64,000 nt of DNA from Eledone cirrhosa (GCA_964016885.1 OZ024747.1:15686001-15750000), one strand, 5' to 3'. Counted from the stretch's first letter, positions 42,783 through 56,161 are shown. A program made the numbers and translations. The notes: generated by a model from the letters alone, not told the origin.

Positions 42783-43080
42783 GTAGAACACTGGAAGGTA
42801 ATATCCGTAGTGGTAAAGCACTCAGACCATGGGAGAAGTTAGGTAGAAGTGGTTACACAACAGTTAGTTCACCATACCGAGAACAATTGTTTCACCTTAG
42901 CGGATCCTTCCAGTGTTCTACCATTATATACGTCTCCAGCAACGGTCAGCAGATTCTCTTCACTACGTAGATGTTTGGCTTTTAGCTGATTCTTCACCAC
43001 GTGCGAGTTTGGCTTACTACCCTGATAGCGCTCTCTATATCCTCGTGTCCTACACAATTTTGTGTCTCATCAACATCAGT

Positions 43081-45203
43081 ATGGATTTATACGAACTGGA
43101 TTACTCCCTGAAGAACATTCCCACTCCCCCCAACCCTGTTTACCAAAAGCTTCTCGTACAAAAACGGAAGATGTCGTCAGACGCTTAAGATGGCGAGCCC
43201 TAGCTTTTGACGAAAAAATTGCAGGCACCAATAAAACCTTCAACCTGAAATCGAGAGCCTACCCTCCTAAGGTAATTGTACCCGCTCCTTTCGTCGAGGC
43301 GGACCTTCTTGGCTTAGCCGCTAACATTTCCTTTCGCAAACACCCTAACACCATTCAAGCTAAATTTAGAAAGGATATTAAGAAATTTAGGTCTTCTAAT
43401 AACACTTTCGTCTTTCCGACAAAACTAATAATATTTACGAAGTCGACAACACCACTTTCCGCCACCTGGGTCATAACGCTATTACTTCCAAATATAAAAA
43501 AGCTAACCCTATGGCCTACCACGACATTAATACAGAAGCCAAAGAACTTGCCATCGCCCTTAAGGTGGATTAGAAGCTACAATCTCTAGCTAAGCGGGAG
43601 GCGTTCCTCACCCTGAAAGATTACAAGGTAGACTTAACTTCTAACCTCACATGTAGACTAATAAACCCGGCACGCACAGATATGGGACTAGTCAGTAAGG
43701 CCATATTTAGAAACATAGTTAAGACCATTAGGACCAAGTCCAACCTTCCGCAGTGGGAGAACAGCGACTCCGTAATTAAGTGGTTCAACTCCTTTAAATC
43801 CCAAAAGCGAAGTTCACACAGTTCGACATTGTTGATTTTTACCCGTCGATCTCAGAGAACCTGTTAAACAAAGCGTTGGACTTCGCTACCACTTACACTA
43901 CTGTCGATGGTTTAGACAGGGAAATCATCGTTCATTGCCGGAAAACCATCCTCTTCAACGACGGAGTAGCCTGGGCAAAGCAGTCTACATCTTCAGACCT
44001 GTTCGACGTCTCCATGGGATCGTTGGACAGTGCTGACGTATGCGACTTGGTTGTCCTATTTATTTTAGATATATTACGTGTTAAATTCCCGGACTTCCAC
44101 ACGGGAATATACCGCGACGACGGACTGAACTTATTGATCCATAAAAGTGGTCACGACCTCGACCGGTTTAAAACAGACTTAGCTTCTACCCTCAATGAGT
44201 TAGGACTTAGGATAACGGTAGCTGCCAACCTCTCTACGGTATATTTCTTAGACATTAGTTTAGACCTTCGCACACACACACCTACAGACCCTTCCATAAG
44301 CTAAATGAAAAATTCAATTACATTCACAAGGACTCATGCCACCCCCCCCCCCCCCCCCCCACTGTTTTTAGAAAGTTCGTAAATAATATCAGTACTAGAA
44401 TCTCAAACCTCTCCTCTAATAAGGCTATCTTTGACAGGGCGGCGCCATACTATAACACGGCGTTAGCTAACAGCGGCTTCACGCAACCTATCACTTCCTC
44501 TCCCACTATCAACAACAGCAATAAGAAAAGAAAGCGTAACAATAGACAAACTATCTGGTTCTCTCCTCCCTTCTCACTCAACATTAAAACCAATGTAGGC
44601 AAACAATTTCTAGCTCTCTTAGATAGAAACTTTCCCATAGGTCATAAATACAATTCCATCTTTAACCGACACAAAGTAAAACTAGGATACTCCTGCGCTA
44701 AGAACATGAATGCCCATATCACCAACAGCCCTAAGAGCAACACCCCACCAGGGTGCTCTTGCCGCAAGCCCGAAGCTTGTCCCATTCAACATCAATGCAA
44801 CACCCCCGCTGTAATTTATGAAGCTGTGGTCACTTCCAACCGACCAAATCAACCACAGGAGGTCAAATCCTATGTGGGTATGACGGAAGGCCAATTTAAG
44901 GAACGCTTCCTGAACCACCAGTCGACCTTTAGTTACCCGAACAGACATTCATCCACGAAACTCGCGAGCCACATATGGTCCCTCAAGGACTCAAGTATAG
45001 ACTACTCCATTCAATGGAAAGCCATCACTAAGTCCAAGCCATACGCAAGGGGAAATCCGTCGTGTGGACGATGTATTGATGAACGAATAAATATTCTAAA
45101 GAGATTATGCAATAGTGATTGCCTAAACACGGGATATGAATTATTCACACGTTGTTCAGACGTCTCGAAACACCTCTTACATAACTACCAAGCTCCGGAT
45201 TGA
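43081..45203 (+). pseudogene. PLE RT + GIY-YIG endonuclease pseudo-ORF
   Basis: Track ORFs 43062-43589, 43682-43867, 43876-44304 and 44706-45203 are consecutive pieces of one protein, separated by frameshifts. Confidence 0.85.
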
Positions 45204-45372
45204 ATCACACTAACATCCTAATTTTCTTATCAACTAGAAACTTTTCGGACTTTCGCAGTTATCTCCATTACACCTCTCGCACGCTTTTTAGTATTGCCTG
45301 TGTGAAGTGACGGTTTCTGCGCATGCGCGTTCGTGCGGTTATCCTTCCTGATCCGTATAACCATGTCCATTA

Positions 45373-45409
45373 CGAGCTGAGGTCCGCTAAAGTAAAACAA
45401 TTGTTCTCG
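45373..45409 (+). ncRNA. Hammerhead of the PLE 3' terminal repeat (degenerate)
   Basis: CGAG/CUCG stem I, CUGAGG, (G>A)AAA-CAAUUG-UU; the inverted copy near 42880-42905 retains GAAA. Confidence 0.6.
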
Positions 45410-45437
45410 GTATGGTGAACTAACTCTTGTGTAACCA

Positions 45438-45475
<38 letters not shown>

Positions 45476-45516
45476 AAAGAATAGAGTTGTAACACACGAG
45501 TTGTGATATATTTTAT

Positions 45517-45614
45517 ATAATTTTGAGATAGAGCACCCGTGATGTTTGCTCTAATCTGATGTTTGCTCTAATCAGATTAGAGCAAACATCACGAGCGCTC
45601 TATCTCAAAATTAT
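45517..45614. repeat. Palindrome with an internal tandem duplication
   Basis: ATAATTTTGAGATAGAGC...GCTCTATCTCAAAATTAT; GATGTTTGCTCTAATC occurs twice in the left arm. Confidence 0.8.
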
Positions 45615-46299
45615 TTTTGAAAAGCATTAGAAATGCGCAAACGGTAAAAAGTTAAAACTAAAACTGAATACTAACCAATACTTATTACTAATTTTTACTT
45701 ATTCCTAATTAAACTATTTTTCACTGGGAACAATTTGTCAGCATTTTTTTTCCTTTTACTAATATATATATATATATATATGTATGTATGTGTGTGTGTG
45801 TGTATGTATGTGTGTGTCGTGAGAATTATACAGAGAGTGAACGGAAGACAGTGAGAAAGAGTTGATATTAAAATGAGATATTAACATATCTACTGAGATC
45901 CATACATATATTATTGACAATGCATGCATTTATTATTGAGTGAATCCAACCATTATGACGTCAATTGTAACGACTGCTCCCACTGATGTAGTCGTTAATA
46001 CTGTTTCTTATTTTTTCAGAATTATTTACTATATAAGTCGAATTATCATTGTTCTTGATCTCGGGGTTTTGAATCTGTTGATACTATTGTTGTATAATTG
46101 GGATATGAGAGAAATAGGATCACGAAATTTAGCTCAATATTTGCAGGATTAGAAATGTTGATCGCCCGTCATTTAGATATAATCTAACTCAGAGACTCAG
46201 CTTGATAAATTATGAAGTTAATATATTTGTTTTTTATATCATCAATTTAAATATTATTAAAAGAAAACATTAAGATAAACAAAAGAAAGTCTGAATTGA

Positions 46300-46775
46300 T
46301 GAAATCCAACTTACCTCTGCGTGATCTGTACATAAAGTGCAGCAACTCATATCAGGGCATTTATACACACACTACATTAATTCTTGCTAATTTGCTGTCT
46401 AAACAGAACCTTTTTGTTTTATGGATATAGAGTGGGAGATCGGGGCCCAAATCCAAAGAGCTCTGACTAGCTTGGGGTCACGCAAAACACATCTATCGAA
46501 GCAAAGATTTCACACAAATTTCAGAGTAGCAATAGAGAATAATCTATGTATATATATATATATGTGTGTGTGTGTGGGGGGGGGGGGTCGAACTCTGCTA
46601 AGAGTATTGCAATCACTTGACACATAACAGAAAATGGTGCACTTTTAGGCTACGGCCAGACACAACAACCTGTAACAGATCCCGAACAAGCAATGCCTGT
46701 CCTTTGAAGGTTTTTTAAGTGGGGAAAGGCCTTGAACTCGACCGATCCCACTCTCTGAGAATCGAAAACACTACC
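46300..46775 (+). mobile_element. Decayed RTE-like LINE remnant
   Basis: DIEWEIGAQIQRALTSLG resembles the post-RT EI..RI..A...FG motif; very degenerate. Confidence 0.35.
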
Positions 46776-47509
46776 CGTGTGTGTGTGTATTTATGTGTGC
46801 GTACTTGTGTGTGTTTGTGTATACATATGCGTCTATGTGTGTGTCTCTACGTTTGTGTGCGTGTGTTTGTCTGTGTGTTCTTGCAAACTCGATGTCTATG
46901 TTGGAATATATTCATAAAAATATATCAATTATACACATACATATCTTTCCACTCTAGAATTATTTTTATTATCTATTATAATAACACCACACCAACGTTC
47001 GTTTCTTTCTACGGAGATCAACCTCGGTTGTATCATAATCAACACTTTCTTATAAAAAGCCTATAAAAACAGTCTTTCATATTTCTACTTGCCTAAATAC
47101 AATTTATTACTTTTAATGACATTAATTATCTTCGACGCCAAATATTTTTAATGATAAGAGACAATGTATTATATAGGTAACTTTTGTCCAGATATTTTTG
47201 CTTTTACTATGAATCTTTCTTCTTTTTTGTTAGTTGTCCATAGAAGTGTATTTAATTAGCCGTTTAACGTCGAGTTTGAGGAGTGAGCAGACTTTCTGTT
47301 AAAAGGTATTCTTTCATCAACATATAAAATATATCTGCCATAAGCGAGATTGGTAGTTATAAAGTATCAGTATAGCTTATAAAACGTAATTCGCAAATGC
47401 TATTGGAGTTAAGAGAAAGGCGTGAGTTTTTTGTCATTATTTAGTGAGTAAATGATAAGAGATATAAAAATACATATGCAGTAATAGAAGCACACACACA
47501 TGTATATAT

Positions 47510-48453
47510 GTTCATTATAGTCCTCCAAGCCATAACAGAGGAGTTTAAGACTGGATGCCATGGGAACTTCTCTATGCTGATGATCTGGCTCTTATAGCAG
47601 AATCAGTAGAGGAGCTTGAGAATAATTTCTGGCTATGGAAACAGCAGTTGGTATCAAGAGAACTGAGAGTGAACATAGCTAAGACAAAAGTATTGATAAG
47701 TAGAAGGGAGGACAATACTCCGATTCCATCAGGGAAATGGCCATGTGTGATATGTAGGAAAGGAACTGGCATACATTCCATAAAATGTACACAATGCAGA
47801 TCTTGGGTACACAAGAGATGTAGTAGGATAGCAGGCAAACTAACAGGTAGGGAAAGCTACGTATACAGTAGATGTACAAGGAAAGTTGGCAGTATTAATC
47901 GCAGTAATAGACACATTTTTCCAATGCAGGTGGGTTCTATAGAAGTGGTTGTTAGCTTCCGGCATCTAGGTGATCAGATTAGCATGGGAGCAGGTGTTCC
48001 GAGGCCATAGTATCTAGAATAAGGACGGGTTGGAAGAAGTTTAGGGAGCTGCTTCCTTTGTTGACAAAGAAGGGTTTCTCCCTGCATACAAAAGGACGGT
48101 TATATGATGCCTGTGTGAGATGCGCGATGCTGCATGGTAGTGAGACATGGGCGGCAACTGCAGATGATATGCGACGGCTGGACAGAAATGGAGCAAGTAT
48201 GCTCCGTTGGATGTGAAATGTCAATGTGCGTGAACGACCAAGCATGGACGAGTTGAGAAAGAAACTGGGTATAAGAGGGATAAGTTGTGGTGTGCAGGAG
48301 AGAAGGCTGAGATGGTATGGACATATGATGCGTATGGAGGATGACGGCTGGGTAAAGAAGTGCCAAGAAATCCCAGTAGAAGGAAGACGCAGAAGAGGTA
48401 GACCACGTAAAACATGGGCGTAAAACATGTAAAAGAGGTAGACCACGTAACAT

Positions 48454-48456
<3 letters not shown>
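47510..48456 (+). mobile_element. RTE-clade LINE fragment (RT C-terminal part), 3' end missing
   Basis: PWELLYADDL, VNIAKTKV, Cys-rich insert, YDACVRCAMLHGSETW, RRLRWYGH and RRRGRPRKTW; frameshifted. Confidence 0.85.
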
Positions 48457-48491
<35 letters not shown>

Positions 48492-48494
<3 letters not shown>

Positions 48495-49113
48495 TCACCA
48501 TCAGCATCAGCATCAACATCATCATCATCATCATCATCATTTTACGTCCGCTTTTCCCTGCTTGCAAGGGTTGGACGGGTCCTATTCAGTACATCATTTC
48601 TCCACTTGTCATGGTCCTTCGTCATATCCTCGGTGAGTTTCAGCGATCTGAGGTCTGCTCTCACCACCTCCGCCCATATTTTACGTGGTCTACCTCTTCT
48701 GCGTCTTCCTTCTACTGGGATTTCTTGGCACTTCTTTACCCAGCCGTAATCCTCCATACGCATCATATGTCCATACCATCTCAGCCTTCTCTCTCCTGCA
48801 CACCACAACCTATCCCTCTTATACCCAGTTTCTTTCTCAACTCGTCCATGCTTGGTCGTTCACGCACATTGACACTGCACATCCAACGGAGCATACTTGC
48901 TTCATTTCTGTCCAGCTGTTGCATATCCTCTGCAGTTGCCACCCATGTCTCACTACCATGCAGCATTGCGCATCTCACACAGGCATCATATAACCGTCCT
49001 TTCGTATGCAGGGAGAAACCCTTCTTTGTCAACAAAGGAAGCAGCTCCCTAAACTTCTTCCAATCCGTCCTTATTCTAGATACTATGGCTTCGGAACACC
49101 TCCTCGGAACACC
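48492..49113 (-). mobile_element. RTE-clade LINE 3' fragment with (GAT)n tail, inverted relative to the copy at 47510
   Basis: Reverse complement of about 47993-48420, plus the native 3' end (...RTRPTLASREKRT*) and a (CAT)n/(GAT)n tail. Confidence 0.85.
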
Positions 49114-49197
49114 TCTTATATATATATAAAAGGGATATATATATAAGGGATATATATATATATAAGGGATATATATATATCAAGTAAGAACATGGGT

Positions 49198-49335
49198 GAT
49201 GTGTTGGTGTAATGGTAGCACAGTGGTATGGATAACCAAAGATGTGGGTTCGACTCCGATGTACGTCAAACCCACTCTGCAACTCCGCAAATGTTGAGTA
49301 CTCCCTTAATTAATGGTCATCCCGGGTTAGGCACC
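49198..49335 (+). mobile_element. tRNA-like head (SINE of a second family, or tRNA pseudogene)
   Basis: A-box TGGTGTAATGG and B-box GGTTCGACTCC at tRNA spacing; no clean acceptor stem. Confidence 0.5.
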
Positions 49336-49392
49336 GCATTCTCTCTCTCTCTCTCTCTCAACACACACACACACACCTACACATCCACACAT

Positions 49393-49499
<107 letters not shown>

Positions 49500-51002
49500 G
49501 GAGATTTGTGTATAATTAATAGCAATCTATCAATATTAAATTCTAAGTTGAATAGTAACCATATAGTTCAGGAGAATACCATTTCTACGTATATCATTAG
49601 TAACATTGGATGTCAGTACTAAACATATATTCTTAGTTTAGCAAGCTGAACCTTACAGAATATGACAGCTGAATCTATCCGAAAGTATCTAAATAGATAT
49701 CCCCCTCTCTCTCTCTATCTCTCTCTCTCTATCTCTTCCCCTCTCCCATGCTCACTATTTTCTCTCTATTTCTCTTATTCATTCTATATATATTACTATC
49801 ATTTTGAGTGAATATGTTGTCTGACAACCTGAATTCTTCTAAAACAATCTACAAAGTGTGTTGTAATTTTATGGGATGCCTTTTAAAATAAAATGTTTAT
49901 ATGCGAAGCAAGTAAGAGCGGGATGTGGTTTAAAGTTAGGATTCTATACTCTTTTAAAAGGTTATTAAATACTAAGAATAACAGTTTAAAACTAATGATT
50001 GAGAAGCTATCACCAACGTAATAATTCATACGGCTACTTTGTGAAAGCTGACGGAGTAAATAATGAAGAGGATGAATTCATGCAAAAATAATAAACATCT
50101 GGTGAAAATATTTGAAATGGAATCTAGAAGAAACAAAATAAAACGCTTTAACATTAGCCAGAATCTTAACAAAAACAAACTATACAAATAGAACCTTAGA
50201 GAACTAAACAAAAAATAATAATAGAGATATTAGGAAAAGTGATATGTCTTAAAGAGCAAAAAATATATACATACGTTACAAAATAGGTGACAGGGGAAAA
50301 CAAACAGAGAAACGAAAACAGAGTTTATTCGTGAAACATACATTGACCAATTTAAACTAATGATATTGATAATGGAACACAGAATGTAAAGGTTTTTGCA
50401 AACATTGTGTTTGTACCATGAAAGAGTAAATAAATATAGCTTGATGGATAGATGATATGATCCTCGGTCGTTTAAGACATAAAAAGTCAGGCCTTGTGAA
50501 AATAAATTACAAAGCTAAATGTAGATTCCTAAATCCGTTGATCTAGAATTTAGAAACATTATATCGCCAATTAGAAGGCTTGCTGCCAATAGTTTGTGTC
50601 GAAGGGATATATGTTTTTTTAAATTCATATTTTGTTCCTGAATAAAATAGTTTATAATAATTTGGCCTATTTAAAACGAAAGTCGGTCAATTAGGAAGAT
50701 CTATAAATCGTCGGGTTAAATGTCATCGGATTCTTTCCGACTTTTTTGCTCTGTGAGTTAAAATCCCGCTGAAATCAACCTTGGCATTCATCCTGTTAGG
50801 TATCACATAATTCTTTCTAATTGTTGAGTTGTTAGACCCCTTATGTTGACTGCTACTTCTAATAACGATTTTAGACTTGTCACCAATGTACACATTTTTT
50901 CCCATTTAGTTAATTCTACGCATGCATACAGTATTGTACACCATCGTGGATCAATGGACGTACATAATGTTCAGCAAAAGGTGAATATGTCTGTTTCTTA
51001 TC

Positions 51003-51193
51003 ATTGTTTCTACTTTTAGCACAATGCCAGCAATTATCCCAGTGTATTACTGGTACTTTATTTTATCGACCCCGTAAGGATGAAAGGCAAAGTTAACCTA
51101 GGCGGGATTTGAACTCAGACCATAAAGAGCCGTAACTCTTTGCTGCAAAGCATGGCGTCCGACCCTCCACCGATACTGCCAATCCACTGCCCT
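51003..51193 (-). mobile_element. SINE family S1 copy
   Basis: Reverse complement of the full S1 pattern, from GGGCAGTGGATTGGCAG to AAAAGTAGAAACAATG. Confidence 0.87.
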
Positions 51194-51540
51194 TATAATA
51201 CCATGAGAATCCTCTGAAGATCAGACATGTTTTGGCAGAGTGAACGATCGTGATTAATTAAAATGATCAATACTGTTCTTTTGCTCGTGAAACTGCAATA
51301 AGGGGAAGATTTGTTGAGCAATCTAGCTTTGCTTTGCTTAACGAATAATATACCATTAGGATACGATGCTTCTGAGGATTCTTTATTATAAAGTATTTTC
51401 CTGAGATCTTCCTTTTCGGATAACCTGTGTTTTATTTAAGGTATTTCTATATTTCTATTTATAAAGTTTTCTTAATTAGATTCTAAGCAATTTATATCAC
51501 CAAAATGTAAAGTATGTTACTGACTAATTTTACACACACG

Positions 51541-51602
<62 letters not shown>

Positions 51603-51615
51603 ACATACACACACA

Positions 51616-51712
<97 letters not shown>

Positions 51713-52899
51713 TTATTGGTGGTGAATTTACATATAAAAATATTTTATGGAAATAAAATTGAAATAGCCAGAAACGAGGAAAACTACAAGGTCGTTCATT
51801 TTACGCTGATAGGAAGAAATGGAGATAAGTATAACATTTCGGTCTGTAATCCATCTTAACGAAAAATACAGAGAAGGAAATGCAAAAAATGCTTTTAGCA
51901 TCGACCTCATATTTGTTAATATGCGACTACTAGCTTAGGGACAATATATTTTCATTGACACCTTTTTCTTTTATGAAAGACAACAATCAGAAATGTTTAC
52001 ATTTAATACTTTGTATACCTGATTCTTTTTTTTTTTTTTTTAGAAATATTTGGGATACAATTACAACATTGTGACATTTGTAAGCTCTTAAATTTATTTA
52101 TATTAATATTATTAAAAGTAAATAGAAAGATCTGTGAAGAGTGTAAGGAAGGACATTGGAATGGGCGTTATATCTGTATTAGGTTTTCTAAATTCTAAGT
52201 TCCAGTTGTCTCTTTCGTCATCACATTCTCTCTTTGCATAGACGATATATCATAGCTGCGCCTCACATATCAGATGACATAATCCTTTCCTCAGAGAACA
52301 AATAGCAATATGCAATGTATCTGCCCCTCCACCTAGAGCGGCCTTTTCCACAAATGTGAAACGATCATCCTGATTTGCTAAAGGAAAACTACAGTCCGGG
52401 AACTGAAGACATAAAAAGTCTCAATATCATACAAAAGAGAGTCCGTCAGTCATAGTTCAGTATTTTCTATCAGAATAGGAAAGATGATCATCGTGTATAA
52501 GGAAGTTTTCTGGGTTGGTCTTTATGTCTTCAAAATACAGATAAATGTAAAGGATCCGTATTTAAATAGTATACAAAATAGTTACAGCCAAGACTAAAAT
52601 AATGCACAAAGCAAAATGATCAAATTTCCATTTAAATGGAGTAATACAACATAGGACTACTTGTATGTAACTATGTCTAGTATAATTACAATGCAAATTG
52701 TTATTTAATCCCTACGATATGGTACAAATCTACTCCCACTTCCACAAACATACTCTGGTAACTTTCTATCACTGATTGCCAAGACGATAAATGCAGAACT
52801 TATCAACTGAAATCCGTTTTAAAATTACTTATATCAGGTATTATTCACTCATAACATACCATATTTCCCGACAACCAAAAATTTGGAAAAAGATCATTA

Positions 52900-53180
52900 G
52901 CAACCTTCGGCCTCCAGGAAGTATGGTAGATTTATGAAACTTATTTTGGGAAAAAAGTAGCGTCTTCGACGACAGGAAATACGGCAATTCAATGAATGTC
53001 ACCAATTTTGGACTGTCTTGATCCTCAACAGTTGGTACGGATATTTAATGTGGATCCACAAAACTGTAACCATTGGTTGTTCATATTTATGTAGTATAAT
53101 AATACACTCGATTGAATGACTCATAATCTGGAGCTCCAAACGGACACACTTTCCTTAGAAATTCTTCATTGTGGTTGTGT
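52900..53180 (-). mobile_element. Possible Merlin/ISXO2-type transposase relic
   Basis: Degenerate GA..IMS and FVDP..IRTN.VE motifs on the minus strand. Confidence 0.25.
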
Positions 53181-53362
53181 TATCATCGAAGATGCCTTGC
53201 TTGCTTTATAAAAACGATTCAATTCAGCCATGCAATGAAGACGTGGTGTGTTATCTGCTCATTACACACACAGGATTGTCGAAGGGGTTGATGGATACAT
53301 AAGTTCACTTCAGTAACTCAATTTAGAATATAACTTCAAGAAACTAAAACAAAAACAAAAAC

Positions 53363-53458
53363 GAAGAAGAAGAAGAAGAAGAAGAAGAAGAAGAAGAAGA
53401 AGAAGAAGAAGAAGAAGAAGAAGAAGAAGAAGAAGAAGAAGAAGAAGAAGAAGAAGAA
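53363..53458. repeat. (GAA)n microsatellite
   Basis: Direct inspection. Confidence 0.95.
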
Positions 53459-55053
53459 ACGTATAGACAGGCTCTCTTATGAAAGCAACATGCATACAAA
53501 CAAAATACAAGAAAACAAGGATATTTGGAGAGTTTTGACATTCCGGTGGCCTCATGTTATTGTTTATTGCTAAAACATACCTTTCAGGCAGTTATAGTAG
53601 AAGGGTACATTGAGAACAAGTCGTATAGATGTTCATGTGTGGTCTATGTACGATATTTAACACCTACATGCTGACACACACAGACACACACACACTCACC
53701 AATGATAAATTCATTATATATGTATATATACAATCCTATATCAACATACATGCACACAGACACACATATATACACATTTGTGTGTATAGGGACGTTGTAT
53801 GTGTTTGTGTGTAAAATAAATAGTTAAACAGGAATCTAAAAAAATTAAATATATGAAAGACAAAAGATAAAAGAAACAAGCAAACAGAGGCATATCAAAA
53901 AATAATGTAACGATATAAATAGTAAAGTGTGAATGAGTATTGGTTTGGTTGGGTAGCTGGTTCAGTGAACAAAGAAGTCTACTAGAATTTCATACACCAA
54001 ATTATCAGTCAATAGATGACAGTTGCTTCCCTTTTTATTATTCATTCTTTACATATAGGTTGCCGTCTAATCGTACACAGCTTACAATATCATTACAACA
54101 TTCTTTTCCTGTTCTCACTCTCCCTTCTCATCTAAACTACTAATTCATTGGCCCCCTTTACATGTGAATACAACATATTACTACTATTTGTATCGTCTTT
54201 ATTATTATTCTTTTTCTTTCTATGTCACTATTCTCTGCAGTGTATCTATATATCTGCTCTTTCTCTACAGTCTTTGAATATATGAGCAGCACAGACACAT
54301 TTCGTTGTAAAGAGCGGGGAATGGGTGTCTATTAAGGTGTCATAGTACGAACTCCCCCCATAAAAAAGAAGGCAATTATGTATGTGAGTATTTGATAGTA
54401 TGCAAGTATGTAATTATACATTAATGTATACATTCATACATACCTAAACATATGCATACTTACACACACAAATACGGACGTGTGTTTATGTGTGTGTGTG
54501 TAAGTTTGCTTAAGTGTGCGCCAGTGTATGTGTATATATATATATATATAGAGAGAGAGAGATGTATATATATATATATATATATTATAGTTACTCCAAA
54601 TCGACAAAATAAATAACCCCCAACAACTTACATAAAATGATTGAAAACAAAGAGAAATCAAAACCTCAGAGAGAATAGACCCCACAATCGGGAAAACAGA
54701 ACACCATTCAGAATGAACCACATATGGAAGAAATACAAGGAACAGAGCAGAATATGCTATAAGGAAAAAGACACAATAACTTCAAAAATTAACATATAAT
54801 ATGTTAATAATAGGAAAATACAGTTTTTATACAAAAGCCTAAAGTAAAGAGACATGTGTTTGTCTACAGTCACGTGAAACCTAAAATAATCAACCTATCC
54901 CCCAAAACGTTAAAGATCTTACAGTAAGGAATCACATTTATACCAACTCCCGACAAATTACATATACCAGAAACTAAGGATGATATTTTGGATTCTGATG
55001 AAGATTTAGACAAGCGGAACAGTTCTTTGAAGAAGAAAAGGACAATGACTACT

Positions 55054-55265
55054 TCATCAACATCACCCGGCGGCCTCAGCTGAAACGGACTCAACAATTG
55101 ATCTCCACGTCGGTCTGTCGTTCATTGCCGTTGCCAAGTCCTGGATTTCAATACCTGAATCTCTGGAGATAACATCGGCATAGGAGAGCTTGCGCCCCCT
55201 TTTATTAGTGACTGCTTGTGGTTTCCAAAGGATTAATGGGACATAACCTCATAGGTGGCAAACTG
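55054..55265 (-). mobile_element. RTE-clade LINE 3' fragment
   Basis: The minus strand reads ...RGRKLSYADVISRDSGIEIQDLATAMNDRPTWRSIV*, colinear with the fragment at 39037. Confidence 0.65.
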
Positions 55266-55970
55266 AAAATGAGATATAACTGAACAGAAATATTGATAAA
55301 AAAAAGAAACCGACAATGGCAGGTTTATCGTCATTAAGTACACAACGCACTACAGAAAATTTAATAATTTATGCTACGGGCCAATATATGCGATGAGGAA
55401 AACAAACAGCGTAAAATGAGGAATCATGTCAATGATTTATATACCGCCAACGAAATTGTCTAATTGATAAGTAATTGAGCTATTTAACAAATTTAACATG
55501 TCAGGCAAGTAACATTTTCGGACTATCTAAACTTCGGAAGAATAAAGGAATTAATAAGACATACGACATAGCGAAAGACATTTGTGTCTATACAATTGAC
55601 AAACCACAAGAAACTGTGTTAGCAAAACACGCCTGACGAGTACAAAACAGCACGCTGGCAGCATTAAATTAAAAATCGAAGTCTATATATATATGTATGT
55701 GGGGGGGGGGGGTGAATGGAGAGAGAGAGAAAGACAGAGAGAATGATCGATGAATTTGGTGTACAGGTAGACGGAAAGATAGATAGGCGTTTCGGAATTC
55801 CTTCTGCTTCCTTATATCTGGAATTTTCTAAAAGGTATTACATATTTTTGAAATAAAATTCCAAACGCTGAATCGATACATGTCCGTTTACATTGTAGAC
55901 CCACTAGTATGTTTGATTATAAATTACAGAAATATAAATGAGAATAAGAATAACATGTATGGTTATAAGT

Positions 55971-55976
55971 TTTATT
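55971..55976 (-). terminator. Probable polyadenylation signal (AATAAA) of the peptidase gene
   Basis: AATAAA on the minus strand about 30 nt after the stop codon. Confidence 0.55.
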
Positions 55977-56005
55977 TATGTATGTCGTCCATTATTAGAT
56001 TTCTT

Positions 56006-56161
56006 TTACTTTGTATTCTTTGCAATGAAATCCAGGAAATTGGCTGTGTTGGCGAAGACACCAAATCCTTCATCACAATCAAATCCATAGGAAGTAATAC
56101 CAGCAATAACATATCTGTTATCTGATTTTCTTTTGCAGATAAGGCCACCGCCAGAATCTCC
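56006..56161 (-). CDS. Peptidase exon 7 (catalytic Ser, stop)
   Basis: GDSGGGLICKRKSDNRYVIAGITSYGFDCDEGFGVFANTANFLDFIAKNTK*. Confidence 0.95.
   Translation of the reverse strand, partial: GDSGGGLICKRKSDNRYVIAGITSYGFDCDEGFGVFANTANFLDFIAKNTK

Larger units (their letters stand above)
42779..45440 (+). mobile_element. Near full-length, frameshifted Penelope-like element (probably Naiad-type) with an inverted terminal-repeat piece at the 5' end
   Basis: Disrupted ORF 43081-45203 with YSLKNIP, RLINPARTDMG, FDIVDFYPSI, FDVSMGSLD, GIYRDDGL (RT) and CSCR..CP..C, VIYEA..YVGMTE (GIY-YIG). 42848-42906 is the reverse complement of 45382-45440. (TA)n on both sides. Confidence 0.88.

Noticed and set aside
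44690-45360. Selenocysteine recoding, as reported for some Naiad PLEs
   Set aside because: The conserved Cys positions I could read (YSC, CSC, CP, C..C, RC) use TGC/TGT, not TGA, and I see no convincing SECIS after the stop.
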